64,000 nucleotides of DNA, from assembly GCA_963713865.1 (NCBI GenBank), contig OY970208.1, forward strand, positions 128,001 through 192,000, given 5' to 3'. This document shows positions 19,929-30,436 of the stretch, in pieces; position 1 is the stretch's first letter; every line of letters begins with the position of its first letter. Both the position numbers and the translations under genes were made by a program. The notes beneath the pieces were generated by a model that did no database searches, had not been told where the DNA came from, and saw nothing but the letters and a program-made list of their open reading frames with translations. This stretch comes from an uncultured candidate division Zixibacteria bacterium. Its GTDB lineage: Bacteria > Zixibacteria > MSB-5A5 > RBG-16-43-9.

Positions 19929-21752
19929 TCATTCATCTTTTACTATTTTTATCCCCAACTCCTTCAATTGCACCTCATCCACTTCTGATGGGGCTCCGTC
20001 CATTAAGGATTGAGCTGCAGTGGTTTTGGGGAAAGCGATAACATCTCTGATCGATTCTGAGCCACACATCAAAGCCACAATCCTGTCCAAACCCGGTGCA
20101 ATCCCGCCGTGGGGAGGGGCACCATATTCCAAGGCATTCAGTAAGAACCCAAAAGCATTTTCGGCCCTTTTATCATCCCATCCTAAGACATTCAAAATCT
20201 TTAACTGAATATCCCTCTTATGATTTCTGATACCACCTGAAGCAATTTCAGTCCCGTTCATAACCAAATCATACTGCCTTGCTCTTATATTTCTCCAGGG
20301 ATGCTCTGGATTATCTATAGGGAGAGAGGTTTTAAAACCTTGCTCCAGTTTTGGCATATCCTCCTCATACGGCTGGGTAACTATATTATGCATCGCCTGA
20401 ATCTTTTTCTCTTCAGGATTATACTCAAAAAGAGGAAATTCGGTTATCCAGAGAAGCTCCCATCTGTTTTTGTCTATCTTATTATATTTACGTGCAATCT
20501 CCAATCTTAATTTACCCAGAACAGATAAAACCATATCCGATTTATCTGCCACAATAAATACAATATCCCCCTCATTTAATTTTAATCTATCAACCATTGA
20601 ATCAAGCTCTGGCTGATTTATATATTTCATAATCGGAGAACGGAATCCCTCTTTTAACTTAGCAATCCAAACCAGACCCTTAGCTCCAGTTTTTTTTGCA
20701 CCTTCCTCCAATTCATCTATCTGCTTCCGGCTTAAAAATCCTCCCTGGTTGAAATTTATCCCTTTAACTTTTCCACCAGAACTTATCGTCTCGGAAAAAA
20801 CCTTAAAACCTGAGTTCTTAACTAAATCAGATAAATCCACAATTTCTATTCCGAACCTGAGATCCGGTTTGTCCGAACCAAACCTTTCCATCGCCTCATC
20901 ATATCTTAATCTGGGGAACGGAGTTTTCAATTCAATATTTAAAACTTTCTTGAAAACATAAGCCATCATCCTCTCAACTACCGAGAAGACGTCATCCTCA
21001 GTCACAAAAGCCATTTCCATATCTATCTGGGAATGCTCTGGCTGTCTATCCGCTCTTAAATCCTCATCCCGGAGACAGTGAGCAATCTGGAAATATCTGT
21101 CAAACCCGGAGATCATCAATATCTGCTTCAATAATTGAGGTGATTGGGGAAGCGCATAGAACTTTCCCGGATTCACACGGCTGGGAACGATAAAATCCCT
21201 TGCACCTTCAGGAGTACTCCGGATTAAGAGCGGAGTTTCAATCTCATAGAAACCAATGGAATCAAGATAATCCCGGATAGCCTTAGTTGCCAGATGCCTT
21301 ATTCTTATATTTTTCTGCAAAGGAGGCCGACGTAAATCTAGATACCGGTATTTCAACTTCAATTCCTCACTGGCATTCGTATCTTCAACGATTTCAAATG
21401 GCGTGGTTTTAGATTCATTGAAAACAGCCATTTTCTCAGCCACAACCTCTATCTCTCCGGTATTCATCTCCTTATTCTGCATTCCCGCAGGTCTTTCTGC
21501 AACAATTCCCTCAATCCCAACCACAAATTCAGTTCTCAAACTGGCAGATAGTTCCATCGTCTCTTTATCCACTAAATCCGGTTTAAAAACCACCTGAGTA
21601 ATACCATATCTATCCCTCAAATCAATAAAAATCAATCCCCCGTGATTCCGGTAACTATTCACCCACCCGTTCAATCTCACCTTTTGCCCGGAATGAGATT
21701 TCCTTAATTCCCCGCAAGTGTGAGTGCGCTTTAGATTTTTGAAATTATCCAA
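19929..21752 (-). CDS. aspS: Aspartyl-tRNA synthetase (likely non-discriminating Asp/Asn)
   Basis: RTHTCGELR, YRYLDLRR, YALPQSPQ, RDEDLRADRQPE and GAPPHGGIA; RNHGG His and RPAG Gly are typical of ND-AspRS. Confidence 0.97.
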   Translation of the reverse strand: MDNFKNLKRTHTCGELRKSHSGQKVRLNGWVNSYRNHGGLIFIDLRDRYGITQVVFKPDLVDKETMELSASLRTEFVVGIEGIVAERPAGMQNKEMNTGEIEVVAEKMAVFNESKTTPFEIVEDTNASEELKLKYRYLDLRRPPLQKNIRIRHLATKAIRDYLDSIGFYEIETPLLIRSTPEGARDFIVPSRVNPGKFYALPQSPQLLKQILMISGFDRYFQIAHCLRDEDLRADRQPEHSQIDMEMAFVTEDDVFSVVERMMAYVFKKVLNIELKTPFPRLRYDEAMERFGSDKPDLRFGIEIVDLSDLVKNSGFKVFSETISSGGKVKGINFNQGGFLSRKQIDELEEGAKKTGAKGLVWIAKLKEGFRSPIMKYINQPELDSMVDRLKLNEGDIVFIVADKSDMVLSVLGKLRLEIARKYNKIDKNRWELLWITEFPLFEYNPEEKKIQAMHNIVTQPYEEDMPKLEQGFKTSLPIDNPEHPWRNIRARQYDLVMNGTEIASGGIRNHKRDIQLKILNVLGWDDKRAENAFGFLLNALEYGAPPHGGIAPGLDRIVALMCGSESIRDVIAFPKTTAAQSLMDGAPSEVDEVQLKELGIKIVKDE

Positions 21753-21767
21753 ATTTTCTCCTATGAT

Positions 21768-23801
21768 TCATTTCTGTTTAGAATATTTCTCCATATACCA
21801 ATTCAAGAATCTAACCTCAGCGGAAATTATAACCTCTATATCTTCTAATTTCAAATCTTTTACATACTGGGGTAACGGATGTGAACCTCTGCTACCGATT
21901 GACCAAATTAATACAAGTAAGTTTTTAATATAAGCGTTGATTTCATTTCTATCACATAATTCATTGACCTTTTCAAGAAAATCCTTATCTTTCGAACCCT
22001 TGTAAATCTTATAAAAATACTCTTCTGCGGTACGTCTTAGCGGGTTTAATAGAATATATGGACGTGTATCACCAAGTTTTTCCACCAATTCTTTAGTTTC
22101 TTCATGATGTTCAGGAAAACTATTTTTTATACTACCTAATAAAGACATGATTCTTTTCGTGGTATCAACAGGAATATCTTTTGTCTCAATCTTGTTTAAA
22201 TTTTCTACCTCAATATGCAAATCACTTATAAACTTTTCTCTTAAATTTTCTATTTTGATTATTATCTCTTGATTATCTGGATCATATCTTTGTGCGTTTT
22301 TATATTCAGCGAAAGCATTATCATAGTCATTTTTCAGTTTATATAACTCTCCTCGGTGAATATGACAATCAGTTTGACAATTTTCATATTCACCAATAAG
22401 ATCAATCAAAGGTATATATATTTCAGGAAATCTCATCCAGTCAATTGCTAAAAGCCCAACATAAAAGGTTGAAGCGCTTTCAAAAAGTTTCAAACAATAA
22501 TTTATCAAGTAATCTTTTGAATCTTGTCGTTCCTCGGTTTGTATATATGTAAACATAGACTTAGCCGTTAAGTATGCAATGACCATTAACTCGAAATACT
22601 CCCTCACGAGAATCTTGGTACGATCCTCTAAAGGGATATTGACCATATGTTCGATTTCAGAATAATCTGTATAAACGGGAAAAGGTGTGGACAAGTAAAT
22701 TTCACCGATTTTTCGAGGTCTTCCTATCTTCCAATATAACTCAGTCAAGTTTGCAAACAACCTTGAATCCTCTAAGTCATAAAAAAGATGATAAAAATAA
22801 AGACCCTCGATAACTTGCACATTTCCTACTTTTGTATTCTTAGTCTCTTTATAATAATAATGCTCCATGAAACTAGGGTCAATTTTCTCAATCTCGTCGT
22901 ATACCTTGATTGCTCTTTCAAAATCTTCCAAACGAACCAATGCCCTTAGTTCCAAGGCCCTCACCAGAATGGGAAATGGTAGTTCTTTCGCTTGTATTTC
23001 TTCTTCAAGGACTATTTTCTCCCTTTCGAATGCGACCATGTGAGCCTTTGTCACATTAGAATCTGCTATTGTTTTCAAATCTATTTTCTCTATAAGTTCC
23101 AATGCCTTACGGAGGTCTTCTCTTCCCCCTTTCCTTATGTATAATCGGGCTAAGTTCTTGTAATACTCGTTCTCTATGGCGATCCGCGAATAAGGGTCGC
23201 AATTCTTTAAAGATAATTCAAACCAGAGTTTATAGTTATTAATGGCCTCATTGAAAAATGAATCAAAATACCATCCCTCTGTGATAGCATTTGCTAAATC
23301 AAGATAGCTTTTGGGATCACCCAGATCCAATGATATTATCTGCTCATAATAACCTTTCGCCGAGATACTCAATCCTGGCTTATTTTCAAATATCCTAGCA
23401 AGTTCCCTAAGAGTCTCTTTTTCTGAAAATTTTCTTCTTTCTAAAACCTGCTGATATTGGATCTTTTTATCAAAATATTGTGTAATTTTTTCGTGGTCAA
23501 TAGCATTTCTTAATTTGTCATCATAAATCCTTATGAAAAAAGTTAAAATCAAATATTTAATATTTAAATCTTTATCACTACATTTTTCGAGAATATTCTC
23601 CAATGGCCATTTTACAATATCAAAATCTTCCTCAAAATCATATTTCCCCTTTAAATCATTATATAATTCTTCTGCTGTTATATCATAACCACAATTCACA
23701 CACTTACCATCGAAAAGTACCATCTCGCCCCTTACACTATAATACCTGGGATTCTCAAAAGTCTCCTGATTACATTTTGGACAATTTATCCTGTCATCCA
23801 T
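21768..23801 (-). CDS. Hypothetical Zn-ribbon / TPR / DUF4145(HEPN)-like protein
   Basis: N-terminal CPKC...CVNC; TPR-like helices (CHIHRGELYKLKNDYDNAFAEYKNAQRYDPDN); C-terminal LRRTAEE...IGSRGSH. Confidence 0.6.
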   Translation of the reverse strand: MDDRINCPKCNQETFENPRYYSVRGEMVLFDGKCVNCGYDITAEELYNDLKGKYDFEEDFDIVKWPLENILEKCSDKDLNIKYLILTFFIRIYDDKLRNAIDHEKITQYFDKKIQYQQVLERRKFSEKETLRELARIFENKPGLSISAKGYYEQIISLDLGDPKSYLDLANAITEGWYFDSFFNEAINNYKLWFELSLKNCDPYSRIAIENEYYKNLARLYIRKGGREDLRKALELIEKIDLKTIADSNVTKAHMVAFEREKIVLEEEIQAKELPFPILVRALELRALVRLEDFERAIKVYDEIEKIDPSFMEHYYYKETKNTKVGNVQVIEGLYFYHLFYDLEDSRLFANLTELYWKIGRPRKIGEIYLSTPFPVYTDYSEIEHMVNIPLEDRTKILVREYFELMVIAYLTAKSMFTYIQTEERQDSKDYLINYCLKLFESASTFYVGLLAIDWMRFPEIYIPLIDLIGEYENCQTDCHIHRGELYKLKNDYDNAFAEYKNAQRYDPDNQEIIIKIENLREKFISDLHIEVENLNKIETKDIPVDTTKRIMSLLGSIKNSFPEHHEETKELVEKLGDTRPYILLNPLRRTAEEYFYKIYKGSKDKDFLEKVNELCDRNEINAYIKNLLVLIWSIGSRGSHPLPQYVKDLKLEDIEVIISAEVRFLNWYMEKYSKQK

Positions 23802-23831
23802 AACAATCTCTTATAGGTTATCTATTTGTTT

Positions 23832-25088
23832 CTACCCTCTAATCAACTCCTGCACCAATTTCCCAAACTCAATCTCCTTCTGTTCTTTAGTCTCCATATC
23901 CCTCAAAATCCCTTTACCTTTCCTCAGTTCATCTTCTCCGATGATTAATACTTTTTTAGCTTTCTGCCTATCTGCCTCTTTCAATTGAGATTTTAGGCTT
24001 CTGCCAAGAAAATCTATGTCGCATTTTAGACCATTTTCTCTCAGGTCTTTAACGATTTTCAATGCTAAACTCTTTGCCTCCTCTCCCAGATGAGCAACAA
24101 AAAGGTCCAGTCTTTCATTCTCAGGAGGAAACTTCTTCTGCATTTGTAAAACTAAAATCAACCTTTCAATCCCTGCGGCAAAACCAATGGCTGGCGTATC
24201 TTTGCCACCCAGTTCAGAGACCAGAAGGTCGTATCTGCCACCACCGAGCAAGGTATCCTGAGCACCTAAGGATTCAGATTTTATCTCAAAGGTCGTTCTG
24301 GTATAATAATCCAGCCCTCTAACCAGTCTGCCGTTCAGAATATATTCAATTTTCATTTGTTCCAGATAGTTTCTCACTTTCTGAAAATGCTCTCTACATT
24401 CAGAATCCAGGTAATCCAGAATCATCGGGGCATCTTTTAAAGCTTCTATACAGCCTTCATTTTTGCAGTCAAATATCCTCAAAGGATTACGATTAAGCCT
24501 GATCTGGCATTCCTGACAGAACTTATCGATCTTATCCTTGACAAATTTATTAAAAGCATCCCGGTGAGCTGGCCTGCAATTTTTACACCCGATACTGTTC
24601 AGCTGAAGTTTTAGATTTTCCAATCCAAAAGCATTATTTATCCGCACGCCAAGATCGATAAGTTCAGCATCCACCAGCGGGTCCAAAGAGCCAATCACCT
24701 CTGCACCATATTGATAGAATTCTCTTAACCTTCCCTTCTGCGGTCTTTCCTGCCTGAACATCGGACCAAAATAAAAAAGTTTTACCAGAGGAGATTTTTC
24801 ACCTATACTATGTTCTATAAAAGCCCTGACAATTGAAGCCGTCCCCTCAGGTCTTAAAGTCAGGCTCCTTTTGCCCTGATCCTGAAAAGTATACATTTCC
24901 TTCTGCACGATATCGGTATCGTCTCCGATGCTCCTTTTGAAAAGCTCAGTCTGTTCAAAAATCGGAGTCCTGATCTCTTTATAATTGTATAAAGATAAAA
25001 TTACTCGAATCTTCTCCTCTAAATATCTCCATTTAGAAGCATCCTCTGGCAAAAGGTCTTTAGTCCCTTGAAGGGCAGTATATTTCAT
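23832..25088 (-). CDS. hisS: Histidyl-tRNA synthetase
   Basis: GTKD, KEMYTF, LRPEGTA, RQERPQKGRLREF, LVRGLDYY and GGGRYD motifs. Confidence 0.97.
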   Translation of the reverse strand: MKYTALQGTKDLLPEDASKWRYLEEKIRVILSLYNYKEIRTPIFEQTELFKRSIGDDTDIVQKEMYTFQDQGKRSLTLRPEGTASIVRAFIEHSIGEKSPLVKLFYFGPMFRQERPQKGRLREFYQYGAEVIGSLDPLVDAELIDLGVRINNAFGLENLKLQLNSIGCKNCRPAHRDAFNKFVKDKIDKFCQECQIRLNRNPLRIFDCKNEGCIEALKDAPMILDYLDSECREHFQKVRNYLEQMKIEYILNGRLVRGLDYYTRTTFEIKSESLGAQDTLLGGGRYDLLVSELGGKDTPAIGFAAGIERLILVLQMQKKFPPENERLDLFVAHLGEEAKSLALKIVKDLRENGLKCDIDFLGRSLKSQLKEADRQKAKKVLIIGEDELRKGKGILRDMETKEQKEIEFGKLVQELIRG

Positions 25089-25159
25089 CTTGCTCCTTTC
25101 CTATGGCTCGAAAAATGATAATATCTAAAAAAAATAAAGTCAATATAAAAAGCAGAACT

Positions 25160-25397
25160 GTAGGGGCTGACCTATGTGTCTGCCCCTGCAAAACATTCTG
25201 GGCGAACACACAGGTTCGCCCCTACATCCTACGAATTTTTTGGTAATAACCCCCACCTTGTGGTCATGGTGGGGATACCATACTCTATCTGTCATTGCGA
25301 GGAGTCATGCAAAATGCAGGACGACGAAGCAATCCACCTCTGGTAAAGTAAAGTAATCGGATTGCTTCGTTCCGATAAATCGGAACTCGCAATGACA
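25160..25397. repeat. Three adjacent REP/MITE-like elements
   Basis: GTAGGGGC...CGCCCCTAC doublet (25160-25225), CCCACCTTG..GGTGGG hairpin, and a TGTCATTGCGAG...GAAGCAATC...GATTGCTTC...CTCGCAATGACA element (25290-25397). Confidence 0.75.
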
Positions 25398-25419
25398 AAC
25401 TACTAAGTTTATATGTCTC

Positions 25420-25839
25420 TCAATCTGTATCTATCGTTCTTTTCCTATAATAAACCCAAAAAACTAACTGGATTAAAGCCACCCCTAAAAAATCAGCGGC
25501 AAAATCCAGGATGTCAGCAGACCTTCCAGGAATAAAACGCTGGTGAATCTCGTCTAATACTGCAAAAGATGCCCCTATAAAGATAGAGATAATCAAAACA
25601 TTCTTCTTGAGAAAATCTCTGGAAGAATTAAGAAGCGAAAAGAATAAAAAGACCGAGAAGACCCCATACTCTATAAAATGATAAAGTTTATCCTGATTCT
25701 TAAAACCCAATTCTGGAGCTGAAAGATCCGGGATGGAGGAGATTATCAAGATAACAGCAGCATAGGCCAAGGTCAGCCAGGTATAAGGGAATCTTTTTTT
25801 TGACACGATTTTAATATTCTTTTCAACCTCTTTCAACAT
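25420..25839 (-). CDS. VanZ-family membrane protein
   Basis: DKLYHFIEYG and DEIHQRFIPGRSADILDFAAD motifs. Confidence 0.88.
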   Translation of the reverse strand: MLKEVEKNIKIVSKKRFPYTWLTLAYAAVILIISSIPDLSAPELGFKNQDKLYHFIEYGVFSVFLFFSLLNSSRDFLKKNVLIISIFIGASFAVLDEIHQRFIPGRSADILDFAADFLGVALIQLVFWVYYRKRTIDTD

Positions 25840-27388
25840 TAACCTCTGCAGCCATTTTACCCCTCACTTTTTCCAACCCTGCTGATCTGTTACCAGATCT
25901 TATTATTCTACCTTCAATCTTCGAATTTATTTGTCCTTTTCTTTTCACCTCCCGGAGAAAAACCTCCCGATCCAGATCCGGTAAGAATTCATATTTCAAG
26001 TTCTGTTTGGGAATTCCCAGAAAATCCTTTGACTGTGCCAGGATATAATCGTTTATCACTACCTTATAATTTTTATTCGGAATAATATCTCTGTTGTTCA
26101 CCTTGACCTCAATTACCCTTTCTCCAAAGGGTCTTTCCAGAGTATAACTATATTTCAATCCTGAAACCTGAAGTAAATCAATCCCCTTTCTGCAGTTCTT
26201 TTCTAAAACATTCAAGAGCTTTTCTCCGGTTAGTTCAATAACCACTAAGCGGTCAGAAAAAGGAGTGATTTCCCATATATCCCGTACCGTAATCGGACCA
26301 ACTCCCAGATTTTTTCTAATCCCTCCAGAATTTGTAAAAGCCACATCTGTTTTGGCATAGCTTTTCATCGCATCCGCTAAAAAATTACCGATATTCGATT
26401 CCTCATCATCTTTTCTGATCCAGGGAGTTACAAGCTCACCTATCTTTTCATCCAGGTCTATCCCGGTATTTCTTTCCAGCTCCTCTATTCTATTCTGCAC
26501 CAAAGAATCTGGTTTGACTCCATCTATTCGTGTCTCTATTAAATTATTATGATAACTTATTATTTCCCCCTTGGAATTTAAAAAAAGCTCCAGCTTCCCT
26601 AAATATCTTCCTCTTGAGCCAGCCTGGCAGATAAGGGTATTATTTATCTTAAAGGGTTTGAAGATGGTAGTATGGCTATGCCCGCCGATTATCAATTCTA
26701 ACCCTTCAATTTTTTGGGCTATACTTTTATCTTTCTGAACCCCCATATGGCTGACCAGAATTTGAAGATCGGTTTTTTCTTCTAATTCGTTCATATAAAA
26801 AGTTAAAGTGCTTTCTGCATTTAGAACTTCAAGCTCCTCACTTTGCTTGAGCATCTTATCTAATCCCTCTGTGATCAAACCAATAAAGGTAATTTTCAAC
26901 TTTCCCCTGTTCAGAATAATATAGGGATGGACAAAAAGCTCTTTGTTCTTTTTGTAAACTAAATTAGCACAGACAACCGGAAATTGAGCTACCTCTATAT
27001 CTTTTTTCAGGTTCTCAATACCGTAGTCAAACTCGTGATTCCCTAACTCAAAAATATCAGGTTTCAAATAATTTAAAATTTCGATCTGGGCTCTTCCTGA
27101 AGTCAAAGTAGATAGCGGATCCCCGGTGAACTCATCCCCGGCACAAACTATTATGCTGTTAGGGTCCAGAGTTTTTAATGAGTCTAAGTAACCTGCGAAG
27201 TAGGCACTTCCAGAAATCAGTGCAGAATCCTCTTCGCTTGATGGATAAGATTTTATAGCGGCATGAAAATCGTTCCAGTAGAGCAAGGTAAGTTTAACCT
27301 TTTTGTTTTGCTCGTAGAGCAGAAAAAGGGCAAAGATTAAAATTATTAAAAAAGCAAACCAGATTCTTTTTCTTCTTCTCCTGGGCAT
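25823..27388 (-). CDS. Bifunctional 5'-nucleotidase/UDP-sugar hydrolase family metallophosphoesterase
   Basis: NDFH, AGD, GNHEFD, SHMG, GGHSH and NSGGIR motifs; N-terminal anchor. Confidence 0.9.
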   Translation of the reverse strand: MPRRRRKRIWFAFLIILIFALFLLYEQNKKVKLTLLYWNDFHAAIKSYPSSEEDSALISGSAYFAGYLDSLKTLDPNSIIVCAGDEFTGDPLSTLTSGRAQIEILNYLKPDIFELGNHEFDYGIENLKKDIEVAQFPVVCANLVYKKNKELFVHPYIILNRGKLKITFIGLITEGLDKMLKQSEELEVLNAESTLTFYMNELEEKTDLQILVSHMGVQKDKSIAQKIEGLELIIGGHSHTTIFKPFKINNTLICQAGSRGRYLGKLELFLNSKGEIISYHNNLIETRIDGVKPDSLVQNRIEELERNTGIDLDEKIGELVTPWIRKDDEESNIGNFLADAMKSYAKTDVAFTNSGGIRKNLGVGPITVRDIWEITPFSDRLVVIELTGEKLLNVLEKNCRKGIDLLQVSGLKYSYTLERPFGERVIEVKVNNRDIIPNKNYKVVINDYILAQSKDFLGIPKQNLKYEFLPDLDREVFLREVKRKGQINSKIEGRIIRSGNRSAGLEKVRGKMAAEVNVERG

Positions 27389-27426
27389 AGTATCTCATCC
27401 ACAGAATAAAACAAATTTTCTTAATG

Positions 27427-27467
27427 TCAATAAAAAAAGAGAGCTCCCGTAGGGGAAGCTCTCTTTG
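27427..27467 (-). terminator. Intrinsic terminator, copy 1 of a 41-bp direct repeat
   Basis: TCAATAAAAAAAGAGAGCTCCCGTAGGGGAAGCTCTCTTTG; 40/41 identical to 31493-31533. Confidence 0.8.
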
Positions 27468-27487
27468 ATGAAAAAAAAGATATAATA

Positions 27488-30198
27488 CTATTTCAGTAGG
27501 CTCATCTTAGCGGTCTTGGTGAAAGAGCCAGCCTGTATCCGGTAAAAATAGATACCAGACCCAACCTCTTCGCCCCGGTCGTTTTTACCCTCCCAGTAAA
27601 CATTTCTTACCCCTGCACTCTGGAATTCATCTACTAACACTTTTACTTTTCTGCCCAGAATATCATAAATGGTAAGCTTAACATAAGCATCTTCAGGCAA
27701 TCCATATTCTACGCGGGTCTCTAAGTTAAATGGATTGGGATAATTTTGACCTAAGAAGAAGTTTTCAGGGAGATTTCCACTTATAGAAGCTTTATCCGGG
27801 GTTGGGGCTATCTCACACAGATTCATTCGACCGGTGGTTACACTTAACTCTGGGCTCATATAGCTGGTGTCACCTTCTGAATCGAAGTAAAAAACATTAA
27901 GCCGATAAGCCTTTTGGGGTTCCAAGCATAGAGTATCAGCCAAAGTATATATCGGTCCTTCATATCTTAACACCCCAGTTCCACTGATCTTGATCACATA
28001 ATAGTTAACAGGTAGTTTCTGGTTTACAGGCATTGACAAGGATAGAAATACCCTGTTTGAATATCCGGTACATTCAAGTGGAGGCCCGGTGCCATAAAGA
28101 GAAGGTGTTGGTGTTTGTGATTCATAAGAGGCTGGGATAACCTTTGGATAACCATAGCTCACACATTCTACAGTAGCTTCAAAATCGGTAGGAGGGTTAG
28201 GTCTGGCTTTAATGACCTTTTCATTAGAATAATCGGAAACCTGATGAACATTATGTGACTTTGCTCTATAAGTATATCTTTCACTACCAACCAAATTGGT
28301 ATCAATCCAGGAGGTATAATTAGAATCCAGGGATGCTTTTTCTGACCATAGATTACTGGTGGCGTCCTTTCTTTCGAGTTTATAGCCGAGTTCGTTTATA
28401 TTAGGATCTGTCCAGCCTACTGAAATCCAGGGAGATGCACCGATATAACTTCTTGTGGCTCCTACAGTAGAAGCCAGAAGCTTAGGCTCACCTAAAACCG
28501 AATAAGCAAAACTTACATTCTCAGGTGCACAGGGAACAAAGCCCACATAATCACCATCTAAGGTCCATACTTCGTAGACATAGGAAAATAAAGTAGCAGT
28601 TGTTGACGTTATGCTACCTGGAACTGCATCGCAAAAGCCCATACCAAAGTTCGGACTTTCAGGAGAATAGCCATTTGTTGCATCTCCCAGTCCCCAGAAC
28701 ATAATTGGTACTCCAGAACTCCCTTGACAGGGTTATATTTTTTCTTGCCTCATATCTTTTCACAAAATAAACTCCTGGCGCAAGACCCGGGGTATCAAAG
28801 AAGGCAGTAGTATATACACCAGTATTCCCTGCCCGGTAAGCTCCAGAAGCACTGAATTGAGCAAAATAATTAGGATATCTCAAAAGCTCAAAAGCCTTAC
28901 GTGCATTAATCCGACCAGTGCCATACCAAGAATCCCAACCTGGATCGCCCTTGTCATCTGCTGATATTCTGATTATTTGCTCAATATCATCATTATACAG
29001 GCCACTTTTATAACCTTTGAGCAAGCTTGCCAGAACCGGTTACAAAAGGCGCAGCCATTGAGGTCCCGGCTAAATATCTGTAAAAAGGCGACTGATACCA
29101 ACAAGAGTAAATGTCACGGAGGGTATTATTAGGATATGGGTTTATTCCGCCAGGCGCTACTACATCAATATGATTTCCCGTGCTTGAATAGGAAGCGCGT
29201 ACATCGCCATCGGTTGTTGCACCAACAGCAGTTATCCCCTGACCATATGCAGCAGGATAAATTATGGGATTCCCTCTTTCATATTCATTGCCCATAGATG
29301 CGACTGATATCCTATTCATCTTATAAGCATATGCGAAAGCGCTTCTTTCCAGAGTACTATAATTGGTACCTCCATAACTATTATTTAATACTCCTGCACC
29401 CTCATTCACTGAGCTTATGATACCATTATAAATCTTGGTCAGATCTAAGTTGCCCTGGTCGTCTGTGCAGTTTTTAGCGATTATTTTAGCATTCCAATCA
29501 ACCCCAGCAATTCCAGTATCGTTATCTGTTTTTGCTGACGCAATACCTGCCACGTGCGTCCCGTGTCCCCAGGAATAGGTAGCATCACCTGAGACTTTTC
29601 CATATAAGTCAGGATGATTGCCATATACCCCATCGTCTATTATAGCTATTTTGATATTGGGGTTTCCGGTGGTTATCTCCCAGGCATCGGTAGCTTTAAT
29701 ATCTGCACCTTGAGTACCACCAGATTGACCAGTATTTTTCAACCCCCACTGGTTGGCGAAATAAAGATCATTTGGAATTATAGGAGAATGTATCTGCCGG
29801 GTTCCATTTGGCTCTGCAAAGATAACACCGGGAAGAGTATCTAAGACATTTGCAACAAGTTTGTTCGCTACTCCCTCTGGAAGCTGAATTTTAAAGACTA
29901 AGGAAAGGTCTAATTTTTTAATCGGCTCACCAGAGGGCGAGATTGCAATAGTATCTTTTAGGTCAAAATATGGAAAAGCTTTAAGGATAAGCTCTGGAGT
30001 GAAGCTGATTAAAACCGAACGGAGCGCATCAGGGTTTATAATAACAGAGTCTAAGGGTGCGGAAATTCTCCCTTCTGGCAGGATAATTGTTCCTGGCTTT
30101 ACCATAACAATTACCTCCCTTTCTGCCACAGAAAAAACAATACTATATGCCAGAAGCAACAATATAATTATCTGCCAGATAATTTTTTTAACGGACAT
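27488..30198 (-). CDS. Secreted S8 (subtilisin) serine protease with FN3-like and C-terminal FlgD-Ig/T9SS-CTD-like domain; two +1 indels (~29034, ~28698)
   Basis: IAIIDDG, GHGTHVAG and GTSMAAP triad. Corrected frames read VTGLASLLKG and NYVWGLGD. Tail LGQNYPNPFN...SGIYFYRI...KMSLLK. Confidence 0.88.
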
Positions 30199-30436
30199 TT
30201 CAGCCTCCTTCTAACTTATGTTGTAAAAAATTAATTAAGTGTGAGCAGATAAAAGAGTTTTAAGTAAATCCTGTAGGGTAAATAATCATCTTTTAACCTT
30301 GCATTTTTTTAAATTATATTTATATTTTAGGTGGAAACGAAAAGGGAAGTTCCCCCACGGGGAATTATCTCCTTTTCGAATCCACCGATTGCAGAGTTTT
30401 CTTCACTTAGCCGGTGCAGAACTCTGCAATCCTTTT

